Assembly: GCF_006345805.1 (NCBI RefSeq)
Contig: NC_043006.1
Span: 10,602,001 to 10,666,000 of the forward strand
Source of the DNA: Octopus sinensis
Lineage: Eukaryota
Reading direction: 5' to 3'
DNA: 64,000 bases
The position numbers were made by a program, and so were the translations under genes. Shown one piece after another: positions 13,143-26,806 of the stretch. Under the pieces are notes generated by a model, which was not told where the DNA came from, searched no databases, and worked only from the letters and a program-made list of their open reading frames with translations. Numbering within the stretch: the first letter of the stretch is position 1; the number at the start of each line of letters is the position of its first letter.

Positions 13143-13219
13143 AAATTGATGACGCTACTTGCGTTAGGGAATTTGAGGAAGCAATGTGTAACATTATAGA
13201 ATATTCAGTGGATGTATAA
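13143..13219 (+). other. Candidate terminal coding exon (unverified)
   Basis: Strong acceptor tttttttttctttactag, then phase-1 frame (E)IDDATCVREFEEAMCNIIEYSVDV*; no partner exon identified. Confidence 0.2.
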
Positions 13220-14199
13220 GCATGTGTTTCCTCATAGATATTTGCCAATGACACATTTAATCATTTTCTTTCTTGAATGTTATTCTAGTATTCTATTGTG
13301 TAAAGCGCCATACTTTTTTATTTTAGTTATATATATATATATTTTTTAGAACATATTCACACTTTAAAAACTTCCATATACATTTTTCATATAACTGTCT
13401 AAGAATACGAATTCCCAAGGGAAAATACGTTGGTGTATTTCTCTTCACGTCCTGAGTTCAAATACCGACGCGGTCCCATTTTATCTTCTATACATTTGCA
13501 GTCGATAAAATAAGTATGGGGTAAGCACCTAGCATCAAAATTGCTATTCTTGTTCCCAAATCAGAAGAAATTAATGCTCGTTGCCAACCATTTGAACATG
13601 TCTTTACGTAAGTAAGTGTGCATGTCTGATTTGGTATGCTGCTCACGTCTGTTGTCTCAGAAGAAAAGAAATAATAATTTTCGTTACAATATTTATAAAA
13701 AATGGTTTTATGCGAAATCGAATTTCTAGTTCTCACATTGATACACATGTTCTACAATATAATTTCTCTTCCCGTATATCGCCCTTTTAGTTATTTCTAT
13801 GCCCTCACTTCCCGTGCGCAATGTTATACATGAAGCATCTTAAGACTTGAACGGGAGTTTTCAGTTTTCTTTCACCTCAATAGGGTCGAGTACTGATTCT
13901 AAAAGCTGCCTTTCCTGAGAAGTAAGACTGCAAGACTGTCATCGTTGTTTGCGGGAACCATCTCATCAAATAAATGCCTGTATTCCTTAGAAGTTTATAT
14001 TGGCCAATCATAAATTTGTGACATCCTTTCATTTACCCCCTTGTTCTTTTAATATCGCTGGACTGCGGTAAAGCTGGGGCACTTCACTTTGAGGTTTTCG
14101 TCAATTAACTCATGACTGCCTTCCGCTGGTAATCATTTCGGTCAGGAAATTGTCTTTAACGATTTCTATTTCCCGAACTGCTCTAGATTAAGAAAAGCT

Positions 14200-14405
14200 A
14201 AATAAATAAACAACCACTGACACACACATATTGTTTTCAAATTTTGGCACAATGCCAGTAATTTCGTGGGGTGGGGGAAAAGTTGATTACACCAACGCCG
14301 AAAGAATGACAAAGTGAAGCTTGCCATAACTTGAGCTAAGAACGTTCGAAATGTCGCTAAGTATTTTGCTCAGCGTGCTAAACTTTCTGCCAGCTCGTCG
14401 CCTTA
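14200..14405 (-). mobile_element. SINE family A, degenerate
   Basis: ttctgccagctcgtcgcc at 14385-14403 is the reverse complement of the family A head. Confidence 0.6.
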
Positions 14406-15029
14406 AACACACGCACACAAACACGCGTATTTATGTATATTCGCACTTCCGCATGTATGTATTCTATCTAGAAAATTCCACACATGAAGCATTCGTAACA
14501 AAAGTCTGGGGTAGGAAAACCACTTTCCTACAGCGTCGCCATTGTTCGCGACACCGGAATCACGTGGATAAGGCGTGTTCTTCCGGACGACACTGTCAAA
14601 TCTGCAGCTACTTCATAGTTTATATGTCTCTACATTCAAAAAGATTGCTTCTCTAAATACCGAAGAAGTTATTTTTACACTTTCAAAATCTCATTGCAGA
14701 ACTCTATGATAAAAATGTCTCCATTTGTGGCTAGTGTCTTTATTCCAAGGAACGTGCATTTAACACCGCTTTATAAATCATAGTTTTCGATATCGTCATT
14801 TACAACAACAATTTAAAGAAGATTTGCTTCCTGTTTCTAACACGTCAAGCAACCAGAGATGACTTCTTGCTGACTTGTGAATTGCAATATAACATCTTCA
14901 TGCTTCGAGCATTAAAAAAAATTCAGCTATTTCTTAAATTATAGACACCAGATCGCCGGTAATCCATTCCGACCATAATTGTTATGAAAGATAAATCTCC
15001 CACCACGAAAAGAACACCTGATTATCACA

Positions 15030-15257
15030 TCTCTTTTAATTCTTTTACCTTTTACTTGACTCCGTCAAACAGCAGCGGTGCTGCTAAGTCACCTTGAAGT
15101 GTTTAGTAGAATAAATCAACCCAAAACATATTTTCCAGTCTGGTACTTATTCTACCGAGCTCCTTAACTGAAATGCTAATTTATAGAGATATGAACGAAT
15201 TAACACCGGATGTCAAGTAGTGGTGGTGGACAAATACGAACACAGACGCACACACAA

Positions 15258-15294
<37 letters not shown>

Positions 15295-15440
15295 ATATGT
15301 GTTGTGTGTGTGTGTGTGTGTGTGTGTGTATGCATACATATGTGTATATATATATATATACATATATATATATACACATGTATATATATATATATGTGTA
15401 TATATATATATATATGTATATATAATATATATATATATAT

Positions 15441-15494
<54 letters not shown>

Positions 15495-15805
15495 CATATG
15501 TGTATATATATACATATATATATATATATACATGTGTATGTATATATATTTACATATATAAATACATATATATATATATATGCATACATATATATATATA
15601 TATACACATGTATTCATATACATGTATATACATATATATATACATACATACATAAATATATACATACATACACTCATGGTTCAACGTTCCATCCCACTGC
15701 ATGACACCTTGGTAAGGTGTCCTGTATTGTAGTCTCGGACTGACCAGAGACCTGTGAAAGAATTTGATCGTAGCAAACTGAAAGAATCCTATCCTATATG
15801 CATAT
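15030..15805. mobile_element. Old SINE family B pieces (tail on - at 15030-15245, head on + at 15680-15805) around a (TA)n tract
   Basis: Degenerate similarity to the family B tail (tcttttacttg...ggtacttattct...ggacaaa) and head (catggttc...cccactgcatgacaccttgg). Confidence 0.6.
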
Positions 15806-15812
15806 ATATAAG

Positions 15813-15846
<34 letters not shown>

Positions 15847-16010
15847 TGTATGTATGTATATTTATGTATGTATGTTTATGTATATGTATGTATGTATACA
15901 TGTATGTATGTATGTATGTATGTATGTATGTATATATTTAGGTATGTATGTTTATGTATATGTATGTATACATGTATGTATGTATGTATGTATGTATGTA
16001 TGTATGTATA
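15800..16010. repeat. (TATG)n microsatellite
   Basis: Directly visible. Confidence 0.95.
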
Positions 16011-16254
16011 TAGTAATGTTTGCTACCACTTCAATATGGCTTCTCCGTACGGAACAACCTTTCTACTCTTTCTTAACTCCAGAACACCTCTTCTGGGTGG
16101 TTAACTACAAATCTTTATCCGACATATTGCGAGCAGAGGAGTGAACCCGAAACATGTAAGTATTTGACAGGACCATTAGAACAGCCTAGTTTCTGGGTAT
16201 TTGCTCTTCCTCAGTACTGGACAACTGCCCACTTGAAATGGCAGTCGTTCGCTC

Positions 16255-16308
<54 letters not shown>
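16255..16308. repeat. (CT)n microsatellite
   Basis: Directly visible. Confidence 0.95.
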
Positions 16309-16311
<3 letters not shown>

Positions 16312-16544
16312 ATATATAGAAAACTACCCTGAATCAAGTCTGTTCCACTGGTCCTGTCAAATCGCTAGATGGTAGAGATTCGCTCGCCTACTCGCGATAC
16401 ATCGAAATGGCAACAAACATTACTTTATTATTATTTACATCTCCTATACAGATTTTAGAAGTGTCTACTTTGCTGGTGATCCAGCATGGCCGCAATCAAA
16501 TGACTGAAACAAGTAAAAGAATAAATATAATATATGTATATATG

Positions 16545-16715
16545 GGGAGAGTTTACGAAAAAAACAAAAGACGAAGACAGGTGGTGTATTAGTATAACGC
16601 TCAGGAATAGAAAAGTATTTTACTTTTCGAGCCTACGCTCTTCTACAGAAAGAGATACAGAAAAAACAAGGAGAGAAAAAAGAAGAGAAAAAAAATATGT
16701 GTAGTGGCTAACGAT
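16545..16715 (-). mobile_element. Penelope-like-element-derived repeat fragment
   Basis: Minus strand reads ctgtagaagagcgtaggctcgaaa, resembling the ctgaNgaag-stem-cgaaac end motif typical of Penelope-like elements. Confidence 0.45.
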
Positions 16716-16744
16716 ATATATATATATATATACTGGAGTAGTCG

Positions 16745-16914
16745 ATAAAGTCGATTATATCGACCCCAGTGCGTAACTGGTACTTATTTAATCGACCCCG
16801 AAAGGATGAAAGGCAAAGTCGACCACGGCGGAATTTGAACTCAGAATGTAACAGCAGACGAAATACCGCTAAGCATTTCGCCCGGCGTGCTAACGTTTTT
16901 GCCAGCTCGCCGCC
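16745..16914 (-). mobile_element. SINE family A
   Basis: gtcgattatatcgaccccagtgcgtaactgg...gccagctcgccgcc. Confidence 0.9.
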
Positions 16915-16921
16915 TTTGAGC

Positions 16922-17050
16922 ACTGCAAAACCAATGGAATAGGTGTGTGGACCGCAACGGAGATTATGTTGAAAAATCAACCTCACGTGGTTACATTTTA
17001 TAAGAGTATCTTGATCATCCTCTGAGCTTTTCAGACGACTTTCGTAAGTG
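16922..17050 (-). mobile_element. Mariner/Tc1 terminal fragment
   Basis: Minus strand tacgaaagtcgtctgaaaagctc...gatttttcaacataatctccgttgcggtccacacac resembles a mariner TIR and subterminal sequence. Confidence 0.55.
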
Positions 17051-17564
17051 TACTGTCGCAATATAGTAATCTTACTGTATTTATTATATATCTCTCAGAT
17101 GTTTCTAATTGAATATACTTATATACTGATATATTACAATACTTCACCAGTAAGTATTTTTCTCAAAAGCCCACACATTTTTCAGCCAATGTAATTTAAT
17201 TTCAATAACTTTTGTTAAATTGAAAACTGAAACTTCGTCCGTGAGTGAGTTCTGAAACGTATGTGAGTGTATTTATATGTGTAGATTTGGTTGCGAACGT
17301 GTGTGTATGCTGTGAGGTTTGAAGTACAAAGAAAACATTAGAAATAAATAAGTTCAAAGAGACTTAACCAATTAAGGGACTTAATAAAGTCATGAGACAC
17401 GACGTGGAGAATTCCAGAAATTCCGTTACATTTCTTATCATTAGGTCTCATCTTTCGCACCCATTTGAATACCGTATATATCCACTTCCATTCTGATACA
17501 TGTAAATATATATGCGTTCGTGTGTATGTATATGTGTGTGTGTGTACCTATATTTGTCTATACG

Positions 17565-17595
<31 letters not shown>

Positions 17596-17799
17596 GTACA
17601 TACATATATATATATATATATATATACATATATATACATATATATATACATATATATATGTGTGTGTGTGTGTATGTGTGCATGCGTATGTGTGTGTGTG
17701 TATGTATGAAGAGTGATAGGGAGAGAGAGGGATAAGAGGGAATGGAAGGCGGGAGATCAAACATTCGCTCTTTAATACATGTTTGTATAATTATGTGTT

Positions 17800-17833
<34 letters not shown>

Positions 17834-18412
17834 GTGTGTGTGGTTTCTCTTTATAGGTATCAATCTATTTATCTAACTATGTTATTCCCAATAGCAAAGA
17901 TACAACCATCTGATATCAGTTTATTTAACGCAAGTATCACACTGTTTCAGATAATACTACAATGATATTTTTCTTACTACTTCTTAATTTCATGTCTTAC
18001 TTCATAAAACTTCGAATTCTTTTACACTTGATTAAAAGATTATCGCCTTAGATTCCTTCATGTAATGCTCTTCGTATCTTTTCTTTGTTACACATTAAGT
18101 ATTGTCTGCTTTAATTTGTTGATGACCATTCATGCTTTATTTTATAGTTTGTTTTATGTTTTAATTGATACTTTGTTTCATACGTTTCGGTAAGATTCCA
18201 CAGTAAATCTTATCTATCCGTTTAATATTACATCTAAGGAGTTATAACCAACTGCATAAAGACCAAAACTGTACAGAAATACATTGTAAGATCAATTACT
18301 TTTTACAACATCTGAGTCTCTTTTCTTTTCATTAGAAGTAACTGGATAAATTTACTCTGTAATTTTGCCTCGGATATTGCAGTACAGTAACACTTAAAAA
18401 TCAACATAATCG

Positions 18413-18833
18413 GGGCAGGAGTGGCAGTGTGGTAAGAAGCTTGCTTACCAATCACATGGTTCCGGGTTCAGTCCCACTGCGTGGCAGTTTGGGCAAGTGT
18501 CTTCTACTATAGCCTCCGGCCGACCAAAGTATTGTGAGTGGATTTGGCAGACGGAAACTGAAAAGAAGCCCGATGTATATATGTATATGGATATATGTGT
18601 GTGTGTGTTTGTGTGTCTATGTTTGTCCCCCCCCCCCAACATCGCTTGACAACCGATGCTGGTGTGTGTATGTCCTCCGTAACTTAGCAGTTCGGCAAAT
18701 GATACTGATAGTATAAGTACTAGGCTTACAAAGAATAAGTCCTGGAGTCGATTTGCTCGACTAAAGGCGGTGCTTCAGCATGACCACAGTCAAATGACTG
18801 AACAAGTAAAAGAGTAAAAGAGAGTAAAGAGTA
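18413..18833 (+). mobile_element. SINE family B, full length
   Basis: gggcaggagtggcagtgtggtaag...ggttcagtcccactgc...tail gactgaacaagtaaaagagtaaaagag. Confidence 0.9.
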
Positions 18834-20356
18834 TAATCCATGACTACTTTTTACTCTGCTACATTATATTTCTTTATTTGTATATCTCTTTGGTTGTATA
18901 AAGCTAACTTCCGCTTCATATTCTATACCGTCAATTATTTTGCTAAAATTTATTGTTCGTTTCTTAATAATGGCTGCTTACAACGATCTCCGCCATGTTA
19001 AGTATATTCATATACCTCAACTACAACGTGAATATTTTACCACAACTATACACTTAGAGAATTTAGCAATATTTTATGAATACTAAATTGCATGCCGTGT
19101 TTCGTTTGATGAAAGAGAAGCCAAATACCATTGATGGTATTTAGTAGTTAAGCCAAAATGAGAATCCGTTAATTATCAACGATATTTTTGGATTTCTTTT
19201 TGTCGATTTCCATATAATAACAGAGGTAGAGAAATACAACCGATCTTTAATGAACCCTGAACTCAGAATCAATATCGTATTATTTCCAATGCAGGAAGGA
19301 TCGTTGAAACGTGACTATCGTCCCACAAGATACATTGTATCAATCTGTTATTTAATTCAGATGTAGACGCCATATTTCTAAAAACGAAACTAAAAAAAAA
19401 TATTTCCAGCACAACTCCGATTGAGAGTTGAGAAAATATTAAGAAAAATATTAGTTTTCCTAGATTACTATCGTATATCTATTAATTCGTGCTCTTTTCA
19501 TATGTAAATGGGTGTAAGTGATTTTTACTTATTAGTAGAAATAAAGCTGCTTGTTTTTCCTCTGTATATATGGATTTCTAGACACATACGTACATTCGTA
19601 ACTATATGTTTCATTACTAATGCGTGTGATCTGATGGTTTTCGTGTGCGTTGTGTGTGCTGAGGGATGGTTGTTATTAAAAGAGAGCAGGGGAAATAGTG
19701 TGGCTTACATATTACTGTAAGCACAAGTATATTCTCTCTAACAGACGAAAGAGATTATAAGCCGACCTTTAGCTACATACACCGTGACTGCGTTTTGGTT
19801 TTTATAGTCTATTTATTGACTGTCAGATGACAATCGAGTTGCGATCGCTAGAGAGTCGACGCCATTGTAAGTCTTTATTAAACAAACCTGAAATCTTCAA
19901 TTATCTGAGGATTAAGACAGTTAAGGATACGAATGAAATCTTGCTATTTCTTTTGTCATCTTACTTCTGGCTTCTTCTCTATCGTAAATTGGGGATTAGC
20001 TGTACATTGGAAGTTTGTATTTGGCCTAGAGTACCACACTGCAACATTTGCTGGTGAAGAGTGTCGGTGAGAAGAAAATGAAAATAAAGCTTTCGACACG
20101 TAAGAAGCATACTTAATGCATTGATTAATAGTATATATTGATCTGCAGAATTAACCGAAACACGTATACACAACTTAAAGAAGACAAGAAATAAAAACAA
20201 AATTAAAGCCTATCAGGAGACAAAAGCAATACAATTACATTCTCAGAAATACAATTTAAATATGTACGCACCGACAAATGAATCCATGTCCATATAAAAG
20301 TCATAAACTATAATAAATGAGTAAAACAACAAAATATATCGATAATAAAAATAATG

Positions 20357-20557
20357 AAGATGATGATGATGATGACGACGACGACGATGATGGTGGTGGC
20401 GGTGATGATGAGGATGAGGATGATGATGATCAAAGTGGTGGTGGTGGTGGTGGTGGTGGTGGTGACTCCAACGACGATAATGATGATGATGATGATATGA
20501 TGATTTTGATGATGATGGTGATGGTGGCGGTGATGATGTGAATAGTGGTGATGATGG

Positions 20558-20592
<35 letters not shown>

Positions 20593-20839
20593 GTGAAGAT
20601 GATAGCGGTGGTGGTGGTGATGGTGGTTGTGGTGGTGTTGGTGGTGGAGGAGTTGGTGGTGGTGGTGGAGGTGGTGGTGGTAGTGGTGGAGGTGGTCGTG
20701 GTGGTGGTCGTGGTGGAGGTGGTCGTGGTGGTGGTGGTGGTAGTGACGTCGACGATGATAATGATGATGATGATGATGACGACGACGACGATGACGACAA
20801 CAACATCATCATCATTATCATCATCATCATCATCTCATC

Positions 20840-20872
<33 letters not shown>
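20357..20872. repeat. Compound trinucleotide microsatellite (GAT/GAC/GGT/CAT/AAT)
   Basis: Directly visible; gives spurious poly-D/G/P/H ORFs in all frames. Confidence 0.95.
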
Positions 20873-21283
20873 GCAACAGTACCAACATGACAATTCGCTC
20901 ATACGATTCCAATATTAAGCCGGAGACCAGAAGATATATGCGATTTCATCTTACATTTAAGTACGTCTAATCTCTTTCTTTTCCTAGAAAATGTTTAAGG
21001 AGATTGTTTTGATTTTTAAAATCAATTTTCACTTGTTTATTTTTGGGCGGGTTTTTTTTGCATACATTGATATATAATCTTTGAATTTTTCTTGTTCTTC
21101 TTGATGTTGCTGCTCTTGTTGTTGTTCTTGATATGGTATGGGTTCAGAATTAATTTAATATTGGGTTGCTCTATAGTGCTTCTGAGAGAGTTAGCTAGAA
21201 TTCCATTTATCTTTATTAACATTTGAATTTATTTTCATCGTACGTGATAAAAAATAAATGTTTACGATGTATACATACGTAAA

Positions 21284-21318
<35 letters not shown>

Positions 21319-21449
21319 AGGAAAATATTTCACAGGGATTTACTCAACATAAATGTGAATCCAAAAGCACACAATCTTTACTGAATATATGAACACACCG
21401 CATACATGTACCGCTTACATGTACACTCAAGCATATATCTGTGGGTGCG

Positions 21450-21935
21450 TATATATATATATAAAACTTACTTGGAAGAAGACAACGACGCGTGCGTTCG
21501 ATCATATAATAACAATTTCATAAATAAAACATATGCATACATACCTACATCTATATGTATATATACATGCATGTTTATTTGTGGTGTCCTGTACTCATAT
21601 ATGCATGTATATATACATATAGATGTAGGTATTTACATATATGAATGTATGTATGCATATGTTTTATTTATTAAATTGTTATTATATATATATAACAAAA
21701 AATATCTAAACATATGCATATATACATACATATATGTACGTACCTAAATCTATATGTATATATACATGCATATATAGGTACAGGACACAAAAAAAATGTT
21801 GATTACAATGAGAAGAGAAAACATAAAAACAAAAACATGGAAACGGACTTTTTTTTCGAACAACGAAAAAACAGAGTACAAGACATACAACACAAGGAAT
21901 ATTCCCCGTCTTCAGTTGTCCCTGTTTCTGCTACG
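21450..21935. mobile_element. Older copy of the repeat family at 59926-60895
   Basis: Shares acctacatctatatgtatatatacatgcat and gtacaggacac...aaaaacagagtacaagac...acaaggaa...cagttgtccct with the 60-kb element. Confidence 0.65.
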
Positions 21936-22377
21936 TGACCATACTTGATTGGGGCCTTGAAAACACTTAGTCGTACAAATCGACCCTAACGCTTCTATTT
22001 TTAAACCTGGTAGTCGTAATATATGAAAATCATTTGACAAACAGTTGGGTAACTGGAACGTAAATTCCATTTTGTGAACCGTGGTGAGGGACACATGCAA
22101 ACACAAAGATACACGCACAAACACAAAAATAGATAGAGACAGAGAGAAAGAGAGTCAGCGGTCTTCTTTCAGTTTTGGTGAACTACATCCACTCACAAAG
22201 TTTTGGTAGGACCCAGAATATAGAAGAAGAGTGGGCGACTGGGCGACAGCTACCCAAAGTGTCATGCAGTGAGAATGAATCCGAAATCACGTGGTCGCAA
22301 AGCAAAATTCTTACCACAAAACTACGCACACTCACACACATGCATATATATATATATATCTATATATCTTTTTTTTT

Positions 22378-22598
22378 TTATTGCCCACAAGGGGCTAAAC
22401 ATAGAGGGGACAAACAAGGACAGACAAACGGATTAAGTCAATTACATCAACCCCAGTGCGTAACTGGTACTTTATTTATCGACCCCGAAAGGATGAAAGG
22501 CAAAGTCGACCTCAGCGGAATTTGAACTCACAACGTAACAGACGAAATACGGCTACGCATTTCGCCCGGCCTGCTAACGTTTCTGCCAGCTTGCCGCC
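22378..22598 (-). mobile_element. SINE family A, full length
   Basis: ttattgcccacaaggggctaaac...gccagcttgccgcc. Confidence 0.9.
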
Positions 22599-22602
22599 TT
22601 AA

Positions 22603-23940
22603 GAGCGTAAGCTCTGCTTACAGCTCATTACGCATTTTATTTAGTTGGCTAACATTTCTGTCAGTTAACCGCTTTTGGTGGCAAGGCATTTATTCAGACT
22701 CTGTGACCATCGTTTAGCTACCTACGAAAAAAAAATGCGAATTTCATACGTGAAATTTCATATTTAATTAGAAAACTTTCTTCTTTTCTGGAAAGCGAAA
22801 TCGAAAAAATAGTGGCAATGCAGACAGTCCACACTGAAAAGATGAAATTATATCAGGGAATCATGAATAAATCTCTCAAAATTAATTCACACAGTTATAT
22901 GAAAGTCTTGTCTTTGTATGCATTCATGAGAGTATGGTCATGTTTCAGTATATTATTTCTCATGAATAAATCTGTATCCTATACTCTTACATACTTCGTC
23001 AGTTACAAGCGGTTTACATATAATATTTGACTCACTGAAAGTTTTGGTCCACTATAGTCTTATAATGACAAAGTAAAAATGAAAAGAGAGAAGGGAAATA
23101 ACACAATTGGCCACATAAACCACTGGTTTCGATATGGGTGATATCCTGAATACCATACGGATTTTGTGTTTTGATATTTTCCGAGGATTTTCCCGAATTT
23201 GCCGGAACGTATTATGAATGAATATGTTTGCCATTCTTTTGGTTTTGACTCTTCTCCATGCACACGAAAAATTATTGCATTAAAAGATACCTCTTTATAA
23301 AAATAAAATTGTTACCGCACGGAATTTTTTTATTTGTTTCTCCAGCACACGGGAAAATCCTCGGAAAATATCAAAACACAAAATCCGTATGGTATTCAGG
23401 ATATCACCCATATCGAAACCAGTGGTTTATGGGGCCAATTGTGTTATTTCCCTTCTCTCTTTTCATTTTTACTTTGTCATTATAAGACTATAGTGGACCA
23501 AAACTTTCAGTGAGTCAAATTTTATATGTAAACCGCTTGTAACTGACGAAGTATGTAAGAATATATGATATAGATTTATTCATGAGAAATAATATACTGA
23601 AACATGACCATACTCTCATGAATGCATACAAAGACAAGACTTTTATATAACTGTGTGAATTAATTTTGAGAGATTTATTCATGATTCCCTGAAATAATTT
23701 CATCTTTTCAGTGTGGACTGCCTGCATTGCCACTATTTTTTCGATTTCGCTTTCCAGAAAAGAAGAAAGTTTTCTAAGTAAATGTGAAATTTCACGTATG
23801 AAATTCGCATTTTTTTCGTAGGTAGCTAAACGATGGTCACAGAGTCTGAAGAAATGCCTTGCCGCCAAAAGCGGTTAACTGACAGGAATGTAAGCCAACT
23901 AAACATAATGCGTAATGAGCTGTAAGCAGAGCTTACGCTC
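22603..23940. mobile_element. Non-autonomous foldback DNA transposon, ~590-bp TIRs, TTAA TSD (Kolobok-like)
   Basis: 22603-23195 and 23350-23940 are reverse complements with few mismatches; TTAA at 22599-22602 and 23941-23944; termini GAGCG...CGCTC (5'-RR...YY-3'). Confidence 0.85.
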
Positions 23941-25128
23941 TTAATTCTTTCATTTGGCGAGGTCTACGTTACTTTTCATCCTTTTGGGGTCGATGAATAC
24001 ATCAAACAATGGGGTGGATGTTATTGAGTAGTCGTCTCTCTCCAAAATTTCAGACCTGGTGATTATAATAGAAAGGGTTATTATTAAAGTAGTGAATCAG
24101 CAGAATCGTTAACTCGGGTGACAAATCTATTTGCGGTTTGTCTCCTAGCTTTATGTTATGAGTTCAAATGCTGCCAAAGTCAACAATCCGATCATTTTTC
24201 GGTGTCAATAAAATAAGTACCAGTTTAGCTCTAACGTTTCTCCTTCCACTGCCGGCGGTCTAAGTAGATGCTTAATAAAGTACAGTGGGATGAAAGGTAT
24301 TAATTTTCTTTCTGAAATTCATGATTAGCATCTCTTTTACCGGCGATGAGGAAGTCCTGTCATTGTAAAAGTTACGAATAGTGTTAGACAACTGAAATTA
24401 ATTAAACTGTACATTCGAGATTCTTTTTAGTAGAGGATTAAATGAGTCGTTTGGCGCTTTTTCTGTGGTCCTCACAAATTTATTATTTGATTAATACGTA
24501 AAGGACTTTCTCCCATGCTATTCCTAAGAGATACGTAGACTTTAACACATCGACCTGTAGCATTAGGCCAGCGAGAATGTTGACGCCTCCCAGCCGACCA
24601 CATATGCAGACTTTTTTTTTTCTTCTGGTAACGAGCTGTTCTTCTACACTTTCAACTTCAAACCACGTTTGTGAGCCTCATTTTATCATGGCCCGGTCAA
24701 ACACTAGCCATTTCAACCAGTAATTAACAGAGGGATTCCTCTGGAATTCCATCATACTGAATAGTTTCCCTGCTATTAAAACCGACTACGGTTTAATGAG
24801 AGCATTCGGTAGAAAGAATTCGGTAATATTGCAGGACCAGCGAAGATCGGGGATATGGCAGATTCAGCCACAGCAATCTAATAAATATACATTAAAATCA
24901 ATATCTCTGAATTTACAACAGATCACTCTATGTATAACATATTTCCCAGGGTAAGAATAACGTAAGTATATGTTTTATTGCGTTTTTTTGTTGGGGTTTT
25001 TGTATACATTTTATTTTTGTGAATTGCGTATCTAAGGTAATGAAACATGATTTTACATATATCTATATTTATATATATATAAATATATATATACATAAAT
25101 ATATATATATATATAAATATATATATAC

Positions 25129-25179
<51 letters not shown>

Positions 25180-25349
25180 ACAAAATAAATGTTTGCATGC
25201 ATTTAACAAGCTTATCTATATTGTATGACAATTATATAAATAAGCATATCTACATATCTATACGAATACAAAAAACATATATTCATACATATAATTATAT
25301 ATATATACACACATGTACATATACATATACGTATATATATATATATATG

Positions 25350-25390
<41 letters not shown>

Positions 25391-25887
25391 ATATATATAT
25401 ATATATATACATAGATACATACATACATACACGCACGCATACATATATATATATATATATACAATGTATGTAACTGAACAAAGGATTCGAAGGAATATGC
25501 ATTACATTCATGTTTCTATTCAAATATTTCTCCCATAATATCACGTTGAATTTGTCTATGTATACGTTTGCGTGTATCTCTCTGGTGTATATGTACGTGC
25601 TTTTTGTGCGTATATGTTCAGCTAAGTATATAGATAGTTAATTATATAAAGCTCTACACACACACACACACATATATATACATATATTATATATAATATA
25701 TAATATATATATATATTATATATATATATATATACAAACGCGTCTATATATGTGTACACTCATGTATATTATATATAATATAGTGAGATATAGATATATC
25801 GATATACATAAATTTATGCATATATATATACCCACAAGCACGCATGCACACACGCACATACACACACACTTATATACATACATACAC

Positions 25888-25941
<54 letters not shown>

Positions 25942-26770
25942 GTATGTATTAATATATACACAGGCTATTTTAATTTTTCTTGTATGTGTACGTCTCTTTA
26001 TCAGGTTTTAGTCACGCGAAATTCCCATTCTTGAACAGTACCAAAGTAAATGTTACTCCGTATTCAGCATAGCCTCACCTTCTCATTCCAAATCCGCTTC
26101 TTCAGTAAAGTGTTGATTTATATATCTTCCATTATTTATTCTTTTCTTAGTAATTTCTTTTAGAATTTTTTTCACCCAATTCCCTGTGACGAAATACTTA
26201 GGTTTCGCTATTTATTCACAAAGAGTTGGAGAAATTTCTCTGTTAACTTCACGTTTTTATCGTTGTTCCATAGTTTACGGCTATTCAAAATATTTAAATT
26301 TCGTTACTTTCTTACTTTCACTTGTTATAATTTTGAATAGAGAACCGATAAAAAAAAATTGTTCTCGTTTCATAAATTTCTTTTTCCTTATAATAACAAT
26401 CGGATTCATAATGTTGATATATTATTTATTTATTTAGGTGCCTGAAAGCAAACACCCATACACGCACACACTCACATACATGCAATACATACACACACAT
26501 ACAGAAGATCACACACACACACATACACAGACACACTTGTATATTTGTGTACGTGTGTGAGTAGGCCTGCGCATGTGTGTGTATGTTTAAATAGAAAGAT
26601 ATACGTGTATATATATATCGACATAGGTATATAATCATAAGCCTGTACATACATACACACATACACACACACATATATACAAACATACAGAGAGACGCGT
26701 ATAAGTGCGTGTATAAATGAATAGGCATACGTACATAATTATATGTATGTACTGTACGTATGTATGTAAA

Positions 26771-26806
<36 letters not shown>

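Noticed and set aside
14110-14182. Minus-strand acceptor plus AVREIEIVKDNFLTEMITSGRQS*
   Set aside because: Only 23 codons with no homology; expected by chance at this frequency
16083-16155. Apparent internal exon (ttaactccag acceptor, gtaagt donor, 73 nt)
   Set aside because: Good splice signals, but it overlaps Penelope-like end motifs and no compatible neighbouring exon or homology was recognised; not supported enough to call
20243-20970. Poly-Pro/Gly/Asp/His ORFs resembling extensin or glycine-rich proteins
   Set aside because: Pure trinucleotide repeats open in several frames on both strands, with no splice signals or unique coding flanks
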